Below are positions 18,663 through 28,642 of a stretch of DNA of 64,000 nucleotides, piece after piece. The stretch is from assembly GCA_033344915.1 (NCBI GenBank), contig JAWPML010000001.1:3550263-3614262 (forward strand), given 5' to 3'. This DNA comes from Acidimicrobiales bacterium. Lineage in GTDB: Bacteria > Actinomycetota > Acidimicrobiia > Acidimicrobiales > Aldehydirespiratoraceae. The position numbers were made by a program, and so were the translations under genes. Numbering within the stretch: position 1 is the first letter of the stretch; each line of letters opens with the position of its first letter. The notes under the pieces were generated by a model that saw only the letters and a program-made list of their open reading frames with translations, made no database searches and was not told the DNA's origin.

Positions 18663-20086
18663 TCGTCGCGCAGGACGGCCTTTTGCACCTTGCCCATCGC
18701 GTTGCGGGGAAGGGCGTCGACGACGACCGTTGCCTTGGGATGCTTGTAGCGGGCGAGCCGCGCCGCGAGGGCGGCGTCGACGGAGGCCGAGTCGTGGTCG
18801 TCGTCGGCGACCAGCACCGCGACCACGGCCTCGCCGAAGTCGGGATGGGGGACGCCGACGACGGCCGACTCGACGATCCCGGGCTGCTCGTCGAGCACCC
18901 GTTCGATCTCCCGGGGGTAGACATTCTCGCCGCCGCTGATGATCATGTCGCCGGCGCGCCCCTGCAGCGTGATCCGTCCGTCCGATGCCATGCTGCCGAC
19001 ATCGCCGGTCACGAACCAACCGTCGTCGGTGTGCGCGGCCGCCGTCGCCTCGGGCATGCCCCAGTACTCCCGGAACAGATGCGGGCCCCGCACCTCCAGG
19101 TCCCCGGGTTCGCCGTCCGTGGCGATCGATCCGCCGCGGTTGCGCACCCGGATCTCGACGTCGCGCAGGGCGAAGCCGACCGTGCCCGCGAGCCGCTCAC
19201 CGTCGTACGGGTTCGACGTCATGATCCCCGCCTCGCTCATGCCGTAGCGCTCGCACAACCGGTGCCCGGTTCGCTCGCTGAAGAGGTCGAACTGGGCGGC
19301 CGGGAGCGGCGCCGATCCGCAGGTGAAGAGGCGCATGCCGGCCGTGCGGGACCGATCGAAGCGGTCGTCGCCGAGGAGTCGGTGGTAGTGGGTGGGCACC
19401 CCCATCAGCACCGTGGCGTCCGCCAACGCCTCGATCACCGCGTCGACGTCGAAGCGGCGCAGGAACGTCATCGGGACGGCCGACAGCAGCGAACAGTGGA
19501 GCGCGACGAACAGGCCGTGCACGTGGAACAGCGGGAGCGAGTGGATCAGGTGGTCGTCCGGCTCGAACCGCCACGCCTCGTGGAGGGCGAAGGCGTTGTG
19601 GCGCAGGTTCGCGTGGGTGAGCGCGGCGCCCTTCGGCCGGCCGGTCGTCCCCGAGGTGTAGAGCAGGGCCGCGAGGTCGTGGTCGTCCCGGGGGACCACG
19701 GTCGCCGGGGTCGCTCGCCGCGCCTCGTCGACGAGGGTTTCGAGGGGGATCGCTCCCGGACCGACGGTCAGCGCTGGGTCGGCGTCGCCGACGAAGTAGG
19801 CCTGCTCGTCTGCGGTGAAGGCCGGGTTGAGCGGGGTGTGCACCGCGCCGGCGTGCAGACACGCGAGGTAGAGGGCGACCGTGTCGGGGGACTTGTCGGT
19901 CGTGACCAGGACCCGGTCGCCGGGGGTGACCCCGCGATCCGCAAGCACGCGGGCGAGGCGGGCGGCGCGGTCGAACAGGGCGCCGTAGGTGATCGTCGGG
20001 CCGCCGGGTTCGACCAGCGCGGGTGCGTCGAGCCGGTGGTCGGCCGCGGCGCGGAGCGTCTCGATGAGGTTGCCCGGCTCGGGCAT
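18638..20086 (-). CDS. AMP-dependent acyl-CoA synthetase/ligase (MatB-like)
   Basis: MPEPGNLIETL...; YTSGTTGRPKGA AMP-binding motif; 482 aa. The N-terminal 112 codons of the track ORF are rejected. Confidence 0.85.
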   Translation of the reverse strand: MPEPGNLIETLRAAADHRLDAPALVEPGGPTITYGALFDRAARLARVLADRGVTPGDRVLVTTDKSPDTVALYLACLHAGAVHTPLNPAFTADEQAYFVGDADPALTVGPGAIPLETLVDEARRATPATVVPRDDHDLAALLYTSGTTGRPKGAALTHANLRHNAFALHEAWRFEPDDHLIHSLPLFHVHGLFVALHCSLLSAVPMTFLRRFDVDAVIEALADATVLMGVPTHYHRLLGDDRFDRSRTAGMRLFTCGSAPLPAAQFDLFSERTGHRLCERYGMSEAGIMTSNPYDGERLAGTVGFALRDVEIRVRNRGGSIATDGEPGDLEVRGPHLFREYWGMPEATAAAHTDDGWFVTGDVGSMASDGRITLQGRAGDMIISGGENVYPREIERVLDEQPGIVESAVVGVPHPDFGEAVVAVLVADDDHDSASVDAALAARLARYKHPKATVVVDALPRNAMGKVQKAVLRDDYAELFTG

Positions 20087-20091
20087 CGGCG

Positions 20092-20559
20092 TCAGCCCTG
20101 GTAGAGGATCTGGCTCGTGTAGACGAGCGAGGGCTTCTCGTTCCCCTTGACGTGGGTCGCCGACTCGAAGCTGAGCAGGGTGCCGGCCCGGTGCTGCTCG
20201 GCGCCGATCAGGCGGGACCGGGCGTGGATGGTCGATCCGGCGGGCACGGGGGAGAGGAACCGGGCGCCCCCGCAGCCGAAGTTCACGGCGTTCTTCACGC
20301 CGCTCAGCTGGACCGGGACGGAGATCAGCTTCGGCATGAGGCTCATCGTGAGATAGCCGTGGGCGATCGGGCCGCCGAAGGGGCTCTCCTTGATGCAGCG
20401 CTCGACGTCGATGTGGATCCACTGGCGGTCGCCGGTGAGCTCGGCGAAGTCGTTGATCATCTCCTGGGTGACCTCGATCTCGGTCCCCCAGTCGCCGTAC
20501 TCGTCGGAGGCGTGGGCGTTGATGGCGTCGATGTCGTCGAAGGCGATGGCGTCGGACAT
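20092..20559 (-). CDS. MaoC-like (R)-specific enoyl-CoA hydratase / dehydratase
   Basis: FAELTGDRQWIHIDVERC...GGPIAHGYL is the hot-dog fold signature. Confidence 0.8.
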   Translation of the reverse strand: MSDAIAFDDIDAINAHASDEYGDWGTEIEVTQEMINDFAELTGDRQWIHIDVERCIKESPFGGPIAHGYLTMSLMPKLISVPVQLSGVKNAVNFGCGGARFLSPVPAGSTIHARSRLIGAEQHRAGTLLSFESATHVKGNEKPSLVYTSQILYQG

Positions 20560-20576
20560 GTGGGTATTGCTCCTGG

Positions 20577-21587
20577 TCAGGCGATCTTGTCGATCATGTC
20601 ACGGGTGATGCGGTTTCGTTGTGGCCGGCCGGCGACGAACCGCTCGACCTCGTCGCAGACCCAGTCGGCCATGCGGGCGAGCTCGGTGCCCTGCGATCCG
20701 GCGACGTGGGGGGTGTACACGGCGTTGGGAAGCCGGCGCAGGGCGTGATCGTCGGGGAGCGGTTCGAGCGGATCGGTCACGTCGATGATCGCGAAGAGGC
20801 GGCCTGATTCGAGCTCGGCCACGAGGGCGTCGAGGTCCAGACAGTGGCCGCGGCTCGTGTTGATCACCGTCGCCCCGTCGGGCAGCGCGGCGAGATGCTC
20901 GGCGCCGATGAGGTTGTGGGTCGCCGGCAACGCCGGCGCGTGGATCGACAGCACGTCGGCGCGCCGACACAGATCGAGGAGGTCCTCGGCCTTGGTGGCG
21001 CCGAGTGATTCGATCGTGGCGGCGTCGACGAACGGGTCGTAGATCTCCACCGGCAGGTGGGGGAACGGCTGGAGCAGCTCGGCCACCCGACGACCGATCA
21101 GACTCGCCGACACGAGGGCGACGGTCTTGTCCCAGTTGCCGTGCTCGCGGGCGGTCGGGGGTACCGCCCAGGTCTCTCGATCCCGCATGAGGTCGACGGC
21201 GGGGAACACCCGCTTGTTCGCGAGGAGGATCATGGCGAGCGTGTACTCGGCGACCGGCTCGGCGTTGGCCGATGCACCCGAGGTGACGACGAGGTCGCGC
21301 ACATCCCAGGCGTCATCGCTCATCGACCACTTGATGGTGCCGGCGGCGTAGGCGAACATCCGCAGCTTCGGCGCCCGGGCGAGCAGGTCCGCGGTGATGG
21401 TCGGGGTTCCCCAGTGGCCCACGATGATCTCGGCCTCGGCGAGGAGTGCGTCGGCCCGGTCGTCGTCCCAGGACGAGAGCGGCTCGCGATCGAGCAGACG
21501 ACCGACTCGATCGAGACGGTCCAACGCGGCGTCGTCGAACGGGCGCAGGCCCTCCATGTGGGAGATGAGCACGGTGGGACGGGTCAC
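20577..21587 (-). CDS. D-isomer-specific 2-hydroxyacid dehydrogenase family protein
   Basis: INTSRG and NAVYTPHVAGS motifs; 336 aa. Confidence 0.75.
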   Translation of the reverse strand: MTRPTVLISHMEGLRPFDDAALDRLDRVGRLLDREPLSSWDDDRADALLAEAEIIVGHWGTPTITADLLARAPKLRMFAYAAGTIKWSMSDDAWDVRDLVVTSGASANAEPVAEYTLAMILLANKRVFPAVDLMRDRETWAVPPTAREHGNWDKTVALVSASLIGRRVAELLQPFPHLPVEIYDPFVDAATIESLGATKAEDLLDLCRRADVLSIHAPALPATHNLIGAEHLAALPDGATVINTSRGHCLDLDALVAELESGRLFAIIDVTDPLEPLPDDHALRRLPNAVYTPHVAGSQGTELARMADWVCDEVERFVAGRPQRNRITRDMIDKIA

Positions 21588-21634
21588 GGTCCGCGATCCT
21601 CGCCGTCCATCCTGGCCCGTGCAAACCCCCGGCT

Positions 21635-22312
21635 ATGGTCCGGCCCATGAGCGCACCCACTCTCACCCAGGACGGCGAACTCTTCGTCGTGAGCTTCGGC
21701 GACGACCTCAACACCACCGACCGCGGGTGGGTGTCCGCCATGAACGAGATCCTCGACGAGGTGGAGGCCGCGACCGGCCCGAAGGTGCTGCTCACAACGG
21801 GTGCGGGCAAGCACTATTCGAACGGCCTCGACGTGGAGTGGATGGCGGGCAAGCCGTCCGAGGACATCGTCGTCTACGTCAACTCGGTGGAGCGGGTGCT
21901 CGCCCGCATCCTCACGTTCCCGGCGCCGACCGTCGCCGCGGTGAACGGGCACGCCTTCGGTGCCGGCGCGTTCGCGGTGCTCGCCCACGACCATGTCGTC
22001 ATGCGGGAGGACCGGGGCTTCGTGTGCTGGCCCGAGGTCCACCTGGGGATGACCTTCTCCCGTGGCCTGCTCGCGATGATCCAGGACCTGCTCGTGTCGC
22101 CGGTCGCCCGTGACGCGATCGTCACCGGCCACCGCTACACCGCCGCCGAGGCCGTGGCCGCGGGGTTCGTCGACCGGTCCGTGCCGCTGGACAGGCTGAT
22201 GACGGCCGCCGCCGAGCTGGGCCTCCCGCTCGCCGCGACCGCCGAGAGCTCCGTGGGCCGAATCAAACAACAACTGCACCGACGCGTCGTCGACGCCCTC
22301 GGATCCGCCTGA
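21635..22312 (+). CDS. Enoyl-CoA hydratase/isomerase family protein
   Basis: LLTTGAGKHYSNGLD...AAVNGHAFGAGA; crotonase fold. Confidence 0.7.
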   Translation: MVRPMSAPTLTQDGELFVVSFGDDLNTTDRGWVSAMNEILDEVEAATGPKVLLTTGAGKHYSNGLDVEWMAGKPSEDIVVYVNSVERVLARILTFPAPTVAAVNGHAFGAGAFAVLAHDHVVMREDRGFVCWPEVHLGMTFSRGLLAMIQDLLVSPVARDAIVTGHRYTAAEAVAAGFVDRSVPLDRLMTAAAELGLPLAATAESSVGRIKQQLHRRVVDALGSA

Positions 22313-22331
22313 TCCACCCCACCAGACCGCG

Positions 22332-22378
22332 TTCTTAACCGACTTATGGTCGAAAAACGACCATAACTCGGTTAAGAA
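22332..22378. terminator. AT-rich 21-bp-stem hairpin between convergent genes (candidate bidirectional terminator)
   Basis: ttcttaaccgacttatggtcg-aaaaa-cgaccataactcggttaagaa; a near-perfect palindrome in an otherwise GC-rich context. Confidence 0.55.
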
Positions 22379-22387
22379 GCCCGGCTT

Positions 22388-23587
22388 TTAGTTCTTGGGG
22401 ACGTCGGACCAGGCGACGTCCTTGTCGATGCGGGGTTCGCCGGGGAGGCCCAGCATCTGCTCGCCCATGATGTTGCGCAGGACCTCGGAGGTGCCGCCCT
22501 CGATCGAGTTGGCCCGCGCCCGCAGGAACGCATACCCGATGCCCTGGCTGCTGCCGTCGAGATCGACGGCGCCGGGACGGCGGAACGTGTAGTCGAAACC
22601 GACCTGCCCGGCCATGCCCTGGAGACCGACCGCCCAGCTGTAGATGTCCTTGTTCAGCTCGGCGCCGGCGAGCTTGGCCACCGATCCCTCGGGGCCAGGC
22701 TGCCCCTTCTTGGCGGCCTGGATGGCCCGCATGTTGGTGAGACGGAGCACCTCGGCTCGGATCCAGAGCTGCATCAGCTCGTCCTGGCGCGCCTCGTCCT
22801 TCTGGTCGCTCGCTTCGTAGACCTTGACGAGGTTGCCGATCGCGCCGCTGCCCACCTTCGGCGCCGAGCCGCCGCCGCCCCCGCCGATCGCGGTGCGTTC
22901 GTTCATCAGCGTGGTCAGCGCGGCGCGCCACCCCTCGCCCCGCTCACCGATCCGACAGTCGTCGGGCACGCGCACATCGGTCATGTAGACCTCGTTGAAC
23001 TCCGCCTCGCCCGTGATCTGGCGCAGCGGTCGCACTTCGACCCCCTCCGCCTTCATGTCGAGCGCGAAGTAGGTCATGCCCTTGTGTTTCGGCATGTCCG
23101 GGTCGGTGCGGGTGACGAGCATTCCCCAGTCGGCGATGTGGGCGAGCGTGTTCCACACCTTCTGCCCGTTGACGATCCACTCGTCGCCGTCCTGGACGGC
23201 CTTGGTGCCGAGACCGGCGAAGTCGGAACCGGCGCCGGGCTCGGAGAAGAGCTGGCACCACTTGTGTTCACCCGTGAACATGGGGCGCAGGAAGCGATCG
23301 TGCTGTTCGTCGCTGCCGTGGGTGAGGATCGTCGGCCCGGCGAGGGCGATGAAGAACATCGACGGATCCATGGGCTTGGCACCGGCCTCGGCCAGACGGC
23401 GGTTGACCTCGCGCTGGAGCTGGGGCCGGACGCCGAGGCCACCCTTGCCCGCCGGATACTGCACCCAGGCGAGCCCGTGGTCGTACTGATGACCTCGGAA
23501 CTCCTCGTATCCCTCCGCCTTCGGGTCGTGCTCCGCGAGAAGCGTGTCGAGGGCGTCGTTGACCTGGTCGAGTTCTGCGTCACTCAT
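22388..23587 (-). CDS. Acyl-CoA dehydrogenase
   Basis: MSDAELDQV...; WCQLFSEPGAGSD, GQKVW, TSEVLRNIMGE; 399 aa. The upstream extension in the track ORF is rejected. Confidence 0.88.
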   Translation of the reverse strand: MSDAELDQVNDALDTLLAEHDPKAEGYEEFRGHQYDHGLAWVQYPAGKGGLGVRPQLQREVNRRLAEAGAKPMDPSMFFIALAGPTILTHGSDEQHDRFLRPMFTGEHKWCQLFSEPGAGSDFAGLGTKAVQDGDEWIVNGQKVWNTLAHIADWGMLVTRTDPDMPKHKGMTYFALDMKAEGVEVRPLRQITGEAEFNEVYMTDVRVPDDCRIGERGEGWRAALTTLMNERTAIGGGGGGSAPKVGSGAIGNLVKVYEASDQKDEARQDELMQLWIRAEVLRLTNMRAIQAAKKGQPGPEGSVAKLAGAELNKDIYSWAVGLQGMAGQVGFDYTFRRPGAVDLDGSSQGIGYAFLRARANSIEGGTSEVLRNIMGEQMLGLPGEPRIDKDVAWSDVPKN

Positions 23588-23644
23588 AAGTGGCAGTCTG
23601 CCTGACAGTTTCTCGCGGCAGCAACCCCCGGCTACGGTCGCGCC

Positions 23645-24331
23645 ATGAGCGACATCGCGACCGAGCCGCTGAAGATCGCCTTCCACTTCGATGTCATGTG
23701 CCCGTGGGCGTACCAGACGGCCAAGTGGATCCGGACCGTCCGCGAGACGGTGCCCCTCGACATCGACTGGCGCTTCTTCTCGCTCGAGGAGATCAACCGC
23801 GAGGAGGGCAAGAAGCACCCGTGGGAACGCGAGTGGTCCTACGGGTGGGGGATGCTGCGGGTCGCGGCGATGCTGCGGCGGACGTCGATGGACGACTGCG
23901 ACCGGTTCTACGAGGCCGCCGGCCGGGCCCTCCACGAGGACGGGCGCAAGCCCCACCGGCCGGAAGTCGCCGAGGAGATCTGCGAGGAGCTCGGCATCGA
24001 TCCGGCGGTGGTGCGCGCCGCGATCGAGGACGAGACGACCCACGACGACGTCAAGGCCGACCACGACGCGATCGCGAACTCCGGTGGCTTCGGCGTGCCG
24101 ACGATCATCTTCCCCGGCGAACGTCAGGTCTACGGTCCGGTCGTCGCGCCGGCCCCCGTCGGCCAGGAGGCGCTCGACCTGTGGGACCTGACCGTCGCCT
24201 ACAGCAAGGTCGACCGGCTGTACGAGTTGAAGACCCCCAAGACCGACGAGGACATGGGCCACATCGCCAACGTGTTCAAGCCGTACTTCGAAGCCCGTGA
24301 GTGGGAGAGCAGGGAGAAGCCCGCCCGATGA
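23645..24331 (+). CDS. DsbA-like thioredoxin-fold protein
   Basis: FHFDVMCPWAY (CxxA/CPW active-site region) and GGFGVPTIIF; 228 aa. Confidence 0.65.
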   Translation: MSDIATEPLKIAFHFDVMCPWAYQTAKWIRTVRETVPLDIDWRFFSLEEINREEGKKHPWEREWSYGWGMLRVAAMLRRTSMDDCDRFYEAAGRALHEDGRKPHRPEVAEEICEELGIDPAVVRAAIEDETTHDDVKADHDAIANSGGFGVPTIIFPGERQVYGPVVAPAPVGQEALDLWDLTVAYSKVDRLYELKTPKTDEDMGHIANVFKPYFEAREWESREKPAR

Positions 24332-25116
24332 CGTTCCAGTTGTCCGACTATGTGGACGCCCACCGAGGGCTGTTCGCCCACTACAACGACCTCGCCGGCC
24401 GGTTGTCCGACGACGAGATGGCCACCCAGTCGCTGTGCCCCGACTGGGACGTGCGCGGCGTGATCACCCACACTCTCGGGGTGGAGGTCGTGCTGACCGG
24501 CTGGGAGCCGTCTGCCGAGGCACCCCCGCCCTTCGAGAAGATGGGCGCGTTCGAGGCGGAGGCCGCCGCGCTCTCCCGCGCCGACTTCGCGATCCGAGTC
24601 CAGGAGGTCACCGCCACACGGCTGGCCGAGCTCGAACGCCTCGACGCCTCCGTCATCGATCAGCCGTCGATCACCCCCACGGGCATCGGCACCTACGGTG
24701 GCTTCCTCCAGGTCCGCGTGTTCGACCTGTGGGTCCACGCTCGCGACATCGCCGTCCCGCTCGGCGAGTCGCTCGACGACGCCGGCCCGGCCGCCGAGAT
24801 GGCGCTGTCCGAGGTCGATGGGGCGGTGGGTTACATCGTCGGCAAGAAGATCGGTCTGCCCGAGGGGAAGTCGGTCGTCTTCGAGATCCGCGGGGACATC
24901 GAGCGCGACATCGCCGTGACGGTCGACGGTCGGGCGACGCGCGTCGAGCGCGTGGACGAACCCGACGTGGTCGTCACCACCGATGTCGGGACGTTCATCA
25001 TGCTGGCGGCCGGGCGGATCGATCCTCACCAGCAGCTCGATGCCGGGACGATCTCGTGGTCCGGTGACGAGGAGTGGGGTCCGAAGGCCGCGCTCAACCT
25101 GGCGTATACGCGCTAG
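24328..25116 (+). CDS. Maleylpyruvate isomerase-like mycothiol-dependent (DinB/MDMPI_N) family protein
   Basis: MTFQLSDYVDAHRGLFAHYNDLAGRLSDDEMATQSLCPDWDVRGVITH. Start chosen at the ATGA overlap; the track ORF starts at 24301. Confidence 0.65.
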   Translation: MTFQLSDYVDAHRGLFAHYNDLAGRLSDDEMATQSLCPDWDVRGVITHTLGVEVVLTGWEPSAEAPPPFEKMGAFEAEAAALSRADFAIRVQEVTATRLAELERLDASVIDQPSITPTGIGTYGGFLQVRVFDLWVHARDIAVPLGESLDDAGPAAEMALSEVDGAVGYIVGKKIGLPEGKSVVFEIRGDIERDIAVTVDGRATRVERVDEPDVVVTTDVGTFIMLAAGRIDPHQQLDAGTISWSGDEEWGPKAALNLAYTR

Positions 25117-28100
25117 TCGCCAGCACTGCGGCGGCCTCGTCGCGCAGGGCATGCCACCCACTGTGGATCGCCAGGTCGTGCGTGTCGCGCAGCTGACCTT
25201 CGATGTCGTCCCATCGCTCGCGGCTCGGTGGATGGTGGGCGGCGACCCGAGCGGCCAGGACGATGCCGCGGCCGACGTAGATCGGGGCGGCGAGCCGCCT
25301 GGCGACCGCGATGACGGCATCGGCGTGATCGGCGGCATCCGCGGGCCGGTCGGCGGCGAGGGCGATGTGGCACAAGCTGACGTCGACCGGGTCGTAGGCG
25401 CCGTGACCACACCACGAGCCGTTGCCGCGGTAGGGGGCGAGCTGGTCGGCCACGTGCTCGGCGATGTCGACGAGTCCCACCTCGGCGGCGACATGGCCCG
25501 TCGACGTCATCGCCAGCAGCCACACCTGGTCCCGACTGATCGTCTCGTAGTCGATCGCGTGGAGTCGACGCACCATCTCGGCTGCTTGGTGATGGTCGCC
25601 GAGCTCGAACGCGCAACGAGCGGCGGCTGCCAGCCACACACCCATGTGCGGGTGGGCCTCCGACATCGCCTCGGCGAGCGGATGGAGTTCGCCGCCTCGA
25701 CCCTGCTCGAGTCGGATGGCCAGCAGGACTGAGGATGATGCGAGCAGATCCCAGGACTCGGAGAGGACGTTGGGGAAGCCGCTGGCGGCGTTCAGGAATC
25801 CCTCGGCGGCCGCGAGCTCGCCGTGGAGGTGGGCCCGCCCGGCCCGGAAATAGCTCAGGACGCGACGCCCGCGGCCGTTGTGGACCGTGGGTTCGAGCCG
25901 CTCCATCGCGGCGACGTGGGCATCGAGTTCCGCCCCGGTGCCGTGCTGCAGCATCGCGCCATACCCCGCGAGATGACCGCGGTACTCCGCCAGGGGATCG
26001 TCCAGGTCCTCGCCCAGCTCGATGCATCGTCGCGAGAGCTCGACGCGCCATTCCCCGTGGTGGGGGCCGTCGGTTCCCCGGTCGAGGAGGCGGAGCACCT
26101 CACAGACCAGGTGGGGGTCACCGGATTCCTCGGCGACGGTGAGGGCGTCGGCCCAGAGCTCGTGGGCCCGTTGCCATTGGGGCCCCATCGCGAACCACAC
26201 CGATGCGGTCGCCCTGACGCGGGCGCCACGATGCGGGTCGTCCAGGCCAGCGATCAGCTGCGTGACGAGTTCGGTGACGTCCGCGTCCGCGCCGCCGGGC
26301 CCGGTGAGGCGTCCGACGTCGCCGAGCTCGATGAGGGCGTCGGCGGTCAGGTCGGCGTGTCCCTCCTGATGGGCCGTGAACGCGGCGTCGCGCAGGAGCT
26401 CCACGTGGTGGGGGTCACCGGCCTCGCGCCGCGCCGATCCCTCCTCGATGGTCAACCGGATGCCGTGGCGCGAGCGGGGCGCGTCGACGATCTGGCGGGC
26501 CTTGGCGAGATGATCGGCGGCGAACTCGGGGGCCACTGCCTCCCGTGCCGCTTCGGCCGCCCGTTCGAGAGCCTCGACGGCAGCGCCCGGGTCCAGTCGT
26601 CGAGCCGCGAATCGATGCCGCGCCACTCGACCCAGATCGGGCTCGGGTCCGGCGGCGTAGGCCCCGGCGAGGCGATCGTGGATCTCGATCGCTCGGGCGT
26701 CCGACAACATCAGGCGGGTGGCCTCCCCCAGCAGGTCGTGGACGGTGCGCAGCAGTGGGCCGTGCTCGACGAGCACCCGTTCCTGCACGGCTTCCTCGAT
26801 CCCGCGCCCGGCCGCCGGACCCAGAACAGACTCGATGAGAGCGCGATCGACGGGATCGGCTGCGACCGCGACATGGTCCACGACCCGGCGGGCGGCGAGG
26901 GACAGGACGTCGAGGCGCTGGGCGACGGCGACCTCGACCGTCGGCGGCACGCCGGCGTCCCCGCTGAGCGCCCACACGCCGTCGGTGCGGCGCAACGCAC
27001 CGCGGTCGAGGAGGTGGCGCACGGTCGCGACCACGAAGAACGCGTTGCCGCCCGTCCGCCGGGCCAACTCGGCGCCGACGTCGTCCAGGTCGTCGCCCTC
27101 CGCGTCGACCAGGCGTCCGACGAGCGCGGTGACCGCCGCGGCGTCCAGCGGCGTGAGTCCGATCGGACGCAGGCTCTCGGGGAACGGGCGTTCGACGGGT
27201 CGTCCGGCGGCGACCACGGTGGTGTCACCTCGCGACGCCACCGTGGCGAGGATGCCGAGCGTCGTGTCGGGCGCGAGATGGATGTCGTCGATGACGAGGG
27301 TGAGTTGTGCCCGACGTCCCAGCGCCGACAGGAGGCTGCAGACCGCGGCGTCGGCCCGGGCGCGTCGCAGTTCACGACGCGGCGGCGGTTCCGAGTCGGG
27401 ATCGAACGCCATCAGGCCCGGCGCCAACCAGGCCAACGCGCCGGGATCCGCGCCGGGCACCGCCGCCCGGAGTGCGGCGGCGCCGGCCGGATGGGCCGCG
27501 ATCTCGTCCAGGAGGGCGACGATGGGCTCGTACGGGGATTCCGGGTTCTCGGTGCACGTCGTGCGGGCGACGAGACTGCCGAGCCGACCGCACACGGCGT
27601 CGAGCAGGGTCGTCTTGCCGAGTCCGCCGGGCCCGACGATGACCACGCTGCGGCGCCGGGAGATGTGCTCGAGCACCGTGGTCAGCTCCTCGTCCCGGCC
27701 GACCGCCGGTCCGGTACCGGCGGACAGACCGATGTCGCGGCGGATGTCGTCGAGGATGGCGTGGGTGTGCAACGACGGGTCGTTGTCGAGGATGCGCGAG
27801 CGCAGGGACGCGATCCCGGCCGGCAGTCCGATACCGGTCTCCTCCACCGAGCGCCGTTCGGTCAGGTCGAGCAGCGTCAGCGCGTCCGCCGCCGCACCGG
27901 AGCGTTGGAGGGCGACGGCGAGCAGGGCGGCTCGCACGGCCTGGGTCGGTGAGGCGATCAGCGCGGCTTCGAGATAGCCGACCGCCTCGGCGGTGCGTCC
28001 GCTCGCCAGCAGCGCGGCGCCCACCTGGTCCACACCGGCGTCGCGCAGCGACGCGAGCCGTGCCCGCGCGGCCACCACGTCCGGGTCGTCGGCGAGATCC

Positions 28101-28501
28101 GACAGCGCGTGGGGGTCCCAGGCTTCGAGTTCGCGTCGGAGCTCGTCGCCGTCCGTGCTCACGGCGGGTGTGGCGACCGCCGCGGCCACGACGGACACCC
28201 GGGTGGTCACGTCGATGTCGATGCCGTCGGCGAGCCGATACGAGGCACCGTCGGTCTCCACGAGCGACGGATCGGCGAGTTTCGTACGGATGGCGGCGAC
28301 CGCGTTCTGGAGGGCGGCCCGAGCGGTCTTCGGGGCCGCGTCGCCCCAGACCATTGCGATCAGGTCGTCGAACGGAACGGCGCGGGGAAAGCGGAGGGCG
28401 AGTCCGGCGACGACGGCGCGTTGGCGCGGCGACAGGTCGATCACACGGTCCTGCTCGACCAGTCGGGTGCGACCGAGCACGTCGATCCGGGGCGTCGCCA
28501 T
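25094..28501 (-). CDS. AfsR-like large SARP regulator: OmpR-type wHTH + BTAD + NB-ARC/STAND P-loop ATPase + TPR-like repeats
   Basis: N-terminus IDVLGRTRLVEQDRVIDLSPRQRAVVAGLAL...YRL (wHTH); BTAD-like helices; Walker A VVIVGPGGLGKTTLL; Walker B LTLVIDDIHLA; long helical C-terminus. 1135 aa. Confidence 0.8.
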   Translation of the reverse strand: MATPRIDVLGRTRLVEQDRVIDLSPRQRAVVAGLALRFPRAVPFDDLIAMVWGDAAPKTARAALQNAVAAIRTKLADPSLVETDGASYRLADGIDIDVTTRVSVVAAAVATPAVSTDGDELRRELEAWDPHALSDLADDPDVVAARARLASLRDAGVDQVGAALLASGRTAEAVGYLEAALIASPTQAVRAALLAVALQRSGAAADALTLLDLTERRSVEETGIGLPAGIASLRSRILDNDPSLHTHAILDDIRRDIGLSAGTGPAVGRDEELTTVLEHISRRRSVVIVGPGGLGKTTLLDAVCGRLGSLVARTTCTENPESPYEPIVALLDEIAAHPAGAAALRAAVPGADPGALAWLAPGLMAFDPDSEPPPRRELRRARADAAVCSLLSALGRRAQLTLVIDDIHLAPDTTLGILATVASRGDTTVVAAGRPVERPFPESLRPIGLTPLDAAAVTALVGRLVDAEGDDLDDVGAELARRTGGNAFFVVATVRHLLDRGALRRTDGVWALSGDAGVPPTVEVAVAQRLDVLSLAARRVVDHVAVAADPVDRALIESVLGPAAGRGIEEAVQERVLVEHGPLLRTVHDLLGEATRLMLSDARAIEIHDRLAGAYAAGPEPDLGRVARHRFAARRLDPGAAVEALERAAEAAREAVAPEFAADHLAKARQIVDAPRSRHGIRLTIEEGSARREAGDPHHVELLRDAAFTAHQEGHADLTADALIELGDVGRLTGPGGADADVTELVTQLIAGLDDPHRGARVRATASVWFAMGPQWQRAHELWADALTVAEESGDPHLVCEVLRLLDRGTDGPHHGEWRVELSRRCIELGEDLDDPLAEYRGHLAGYGAMLQHGTGAELDAHVAAMERLEPTVHNGRGRRVLSYFRAGRAHLHGELAAAEGFLNAASGFPNVLSESWDLLASSSVLLAIRLEQGRGGELHPLAEAMSEAHPHMGVWLAAAARCAFELGDHHQAAEMVRRLHAIDYETISRDQVWLLAMTSTGHVAAEVGLVDIAEHVADQLAPYRGNGSWCGHGAYDPVDVSLCHIALAADRPADAADHADAVIAVARRLAAPIYVGRGIVLAARVAAHHPPSRERWDDIEGQLRDTHDLAIHSGWHALRDEAAAVLATSAYTPG

Positions 28502-28547
28502 GGAGCATTAATGCCTGACCTCCCCCCGACCCGCAAGCGCGGTGGCT

Positions 28548-28565
28548 AACGGGCCGGTAACGGGA
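28548..28565. promoter_or_regulatory. Heptamer direct repeat TAACGGG-N4-TAACGGG (11-bp period; SARP-box-like)
   Basis: Perfect heptamer pair in the divergent gap between the AfsR-like gene and the FHA-protease operon. Confidence 0.4.
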
Positions 28566-28642
28566 GACTTTCGCACCAGGACAACGAGACGCGATGCTGT
28601 GTCGCCGTCGGCTCGATGGCCGTTCCCGATGTGGGCGCCGCG

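Noticed and set aside
25823-27952. 709-aa + strand ORF (and 26718..27977, 419 aa)
   Set aside because: They are antisense to the AfsR-like regulator, whose frame contains the wHTH, Walker A/B and helical repeats.
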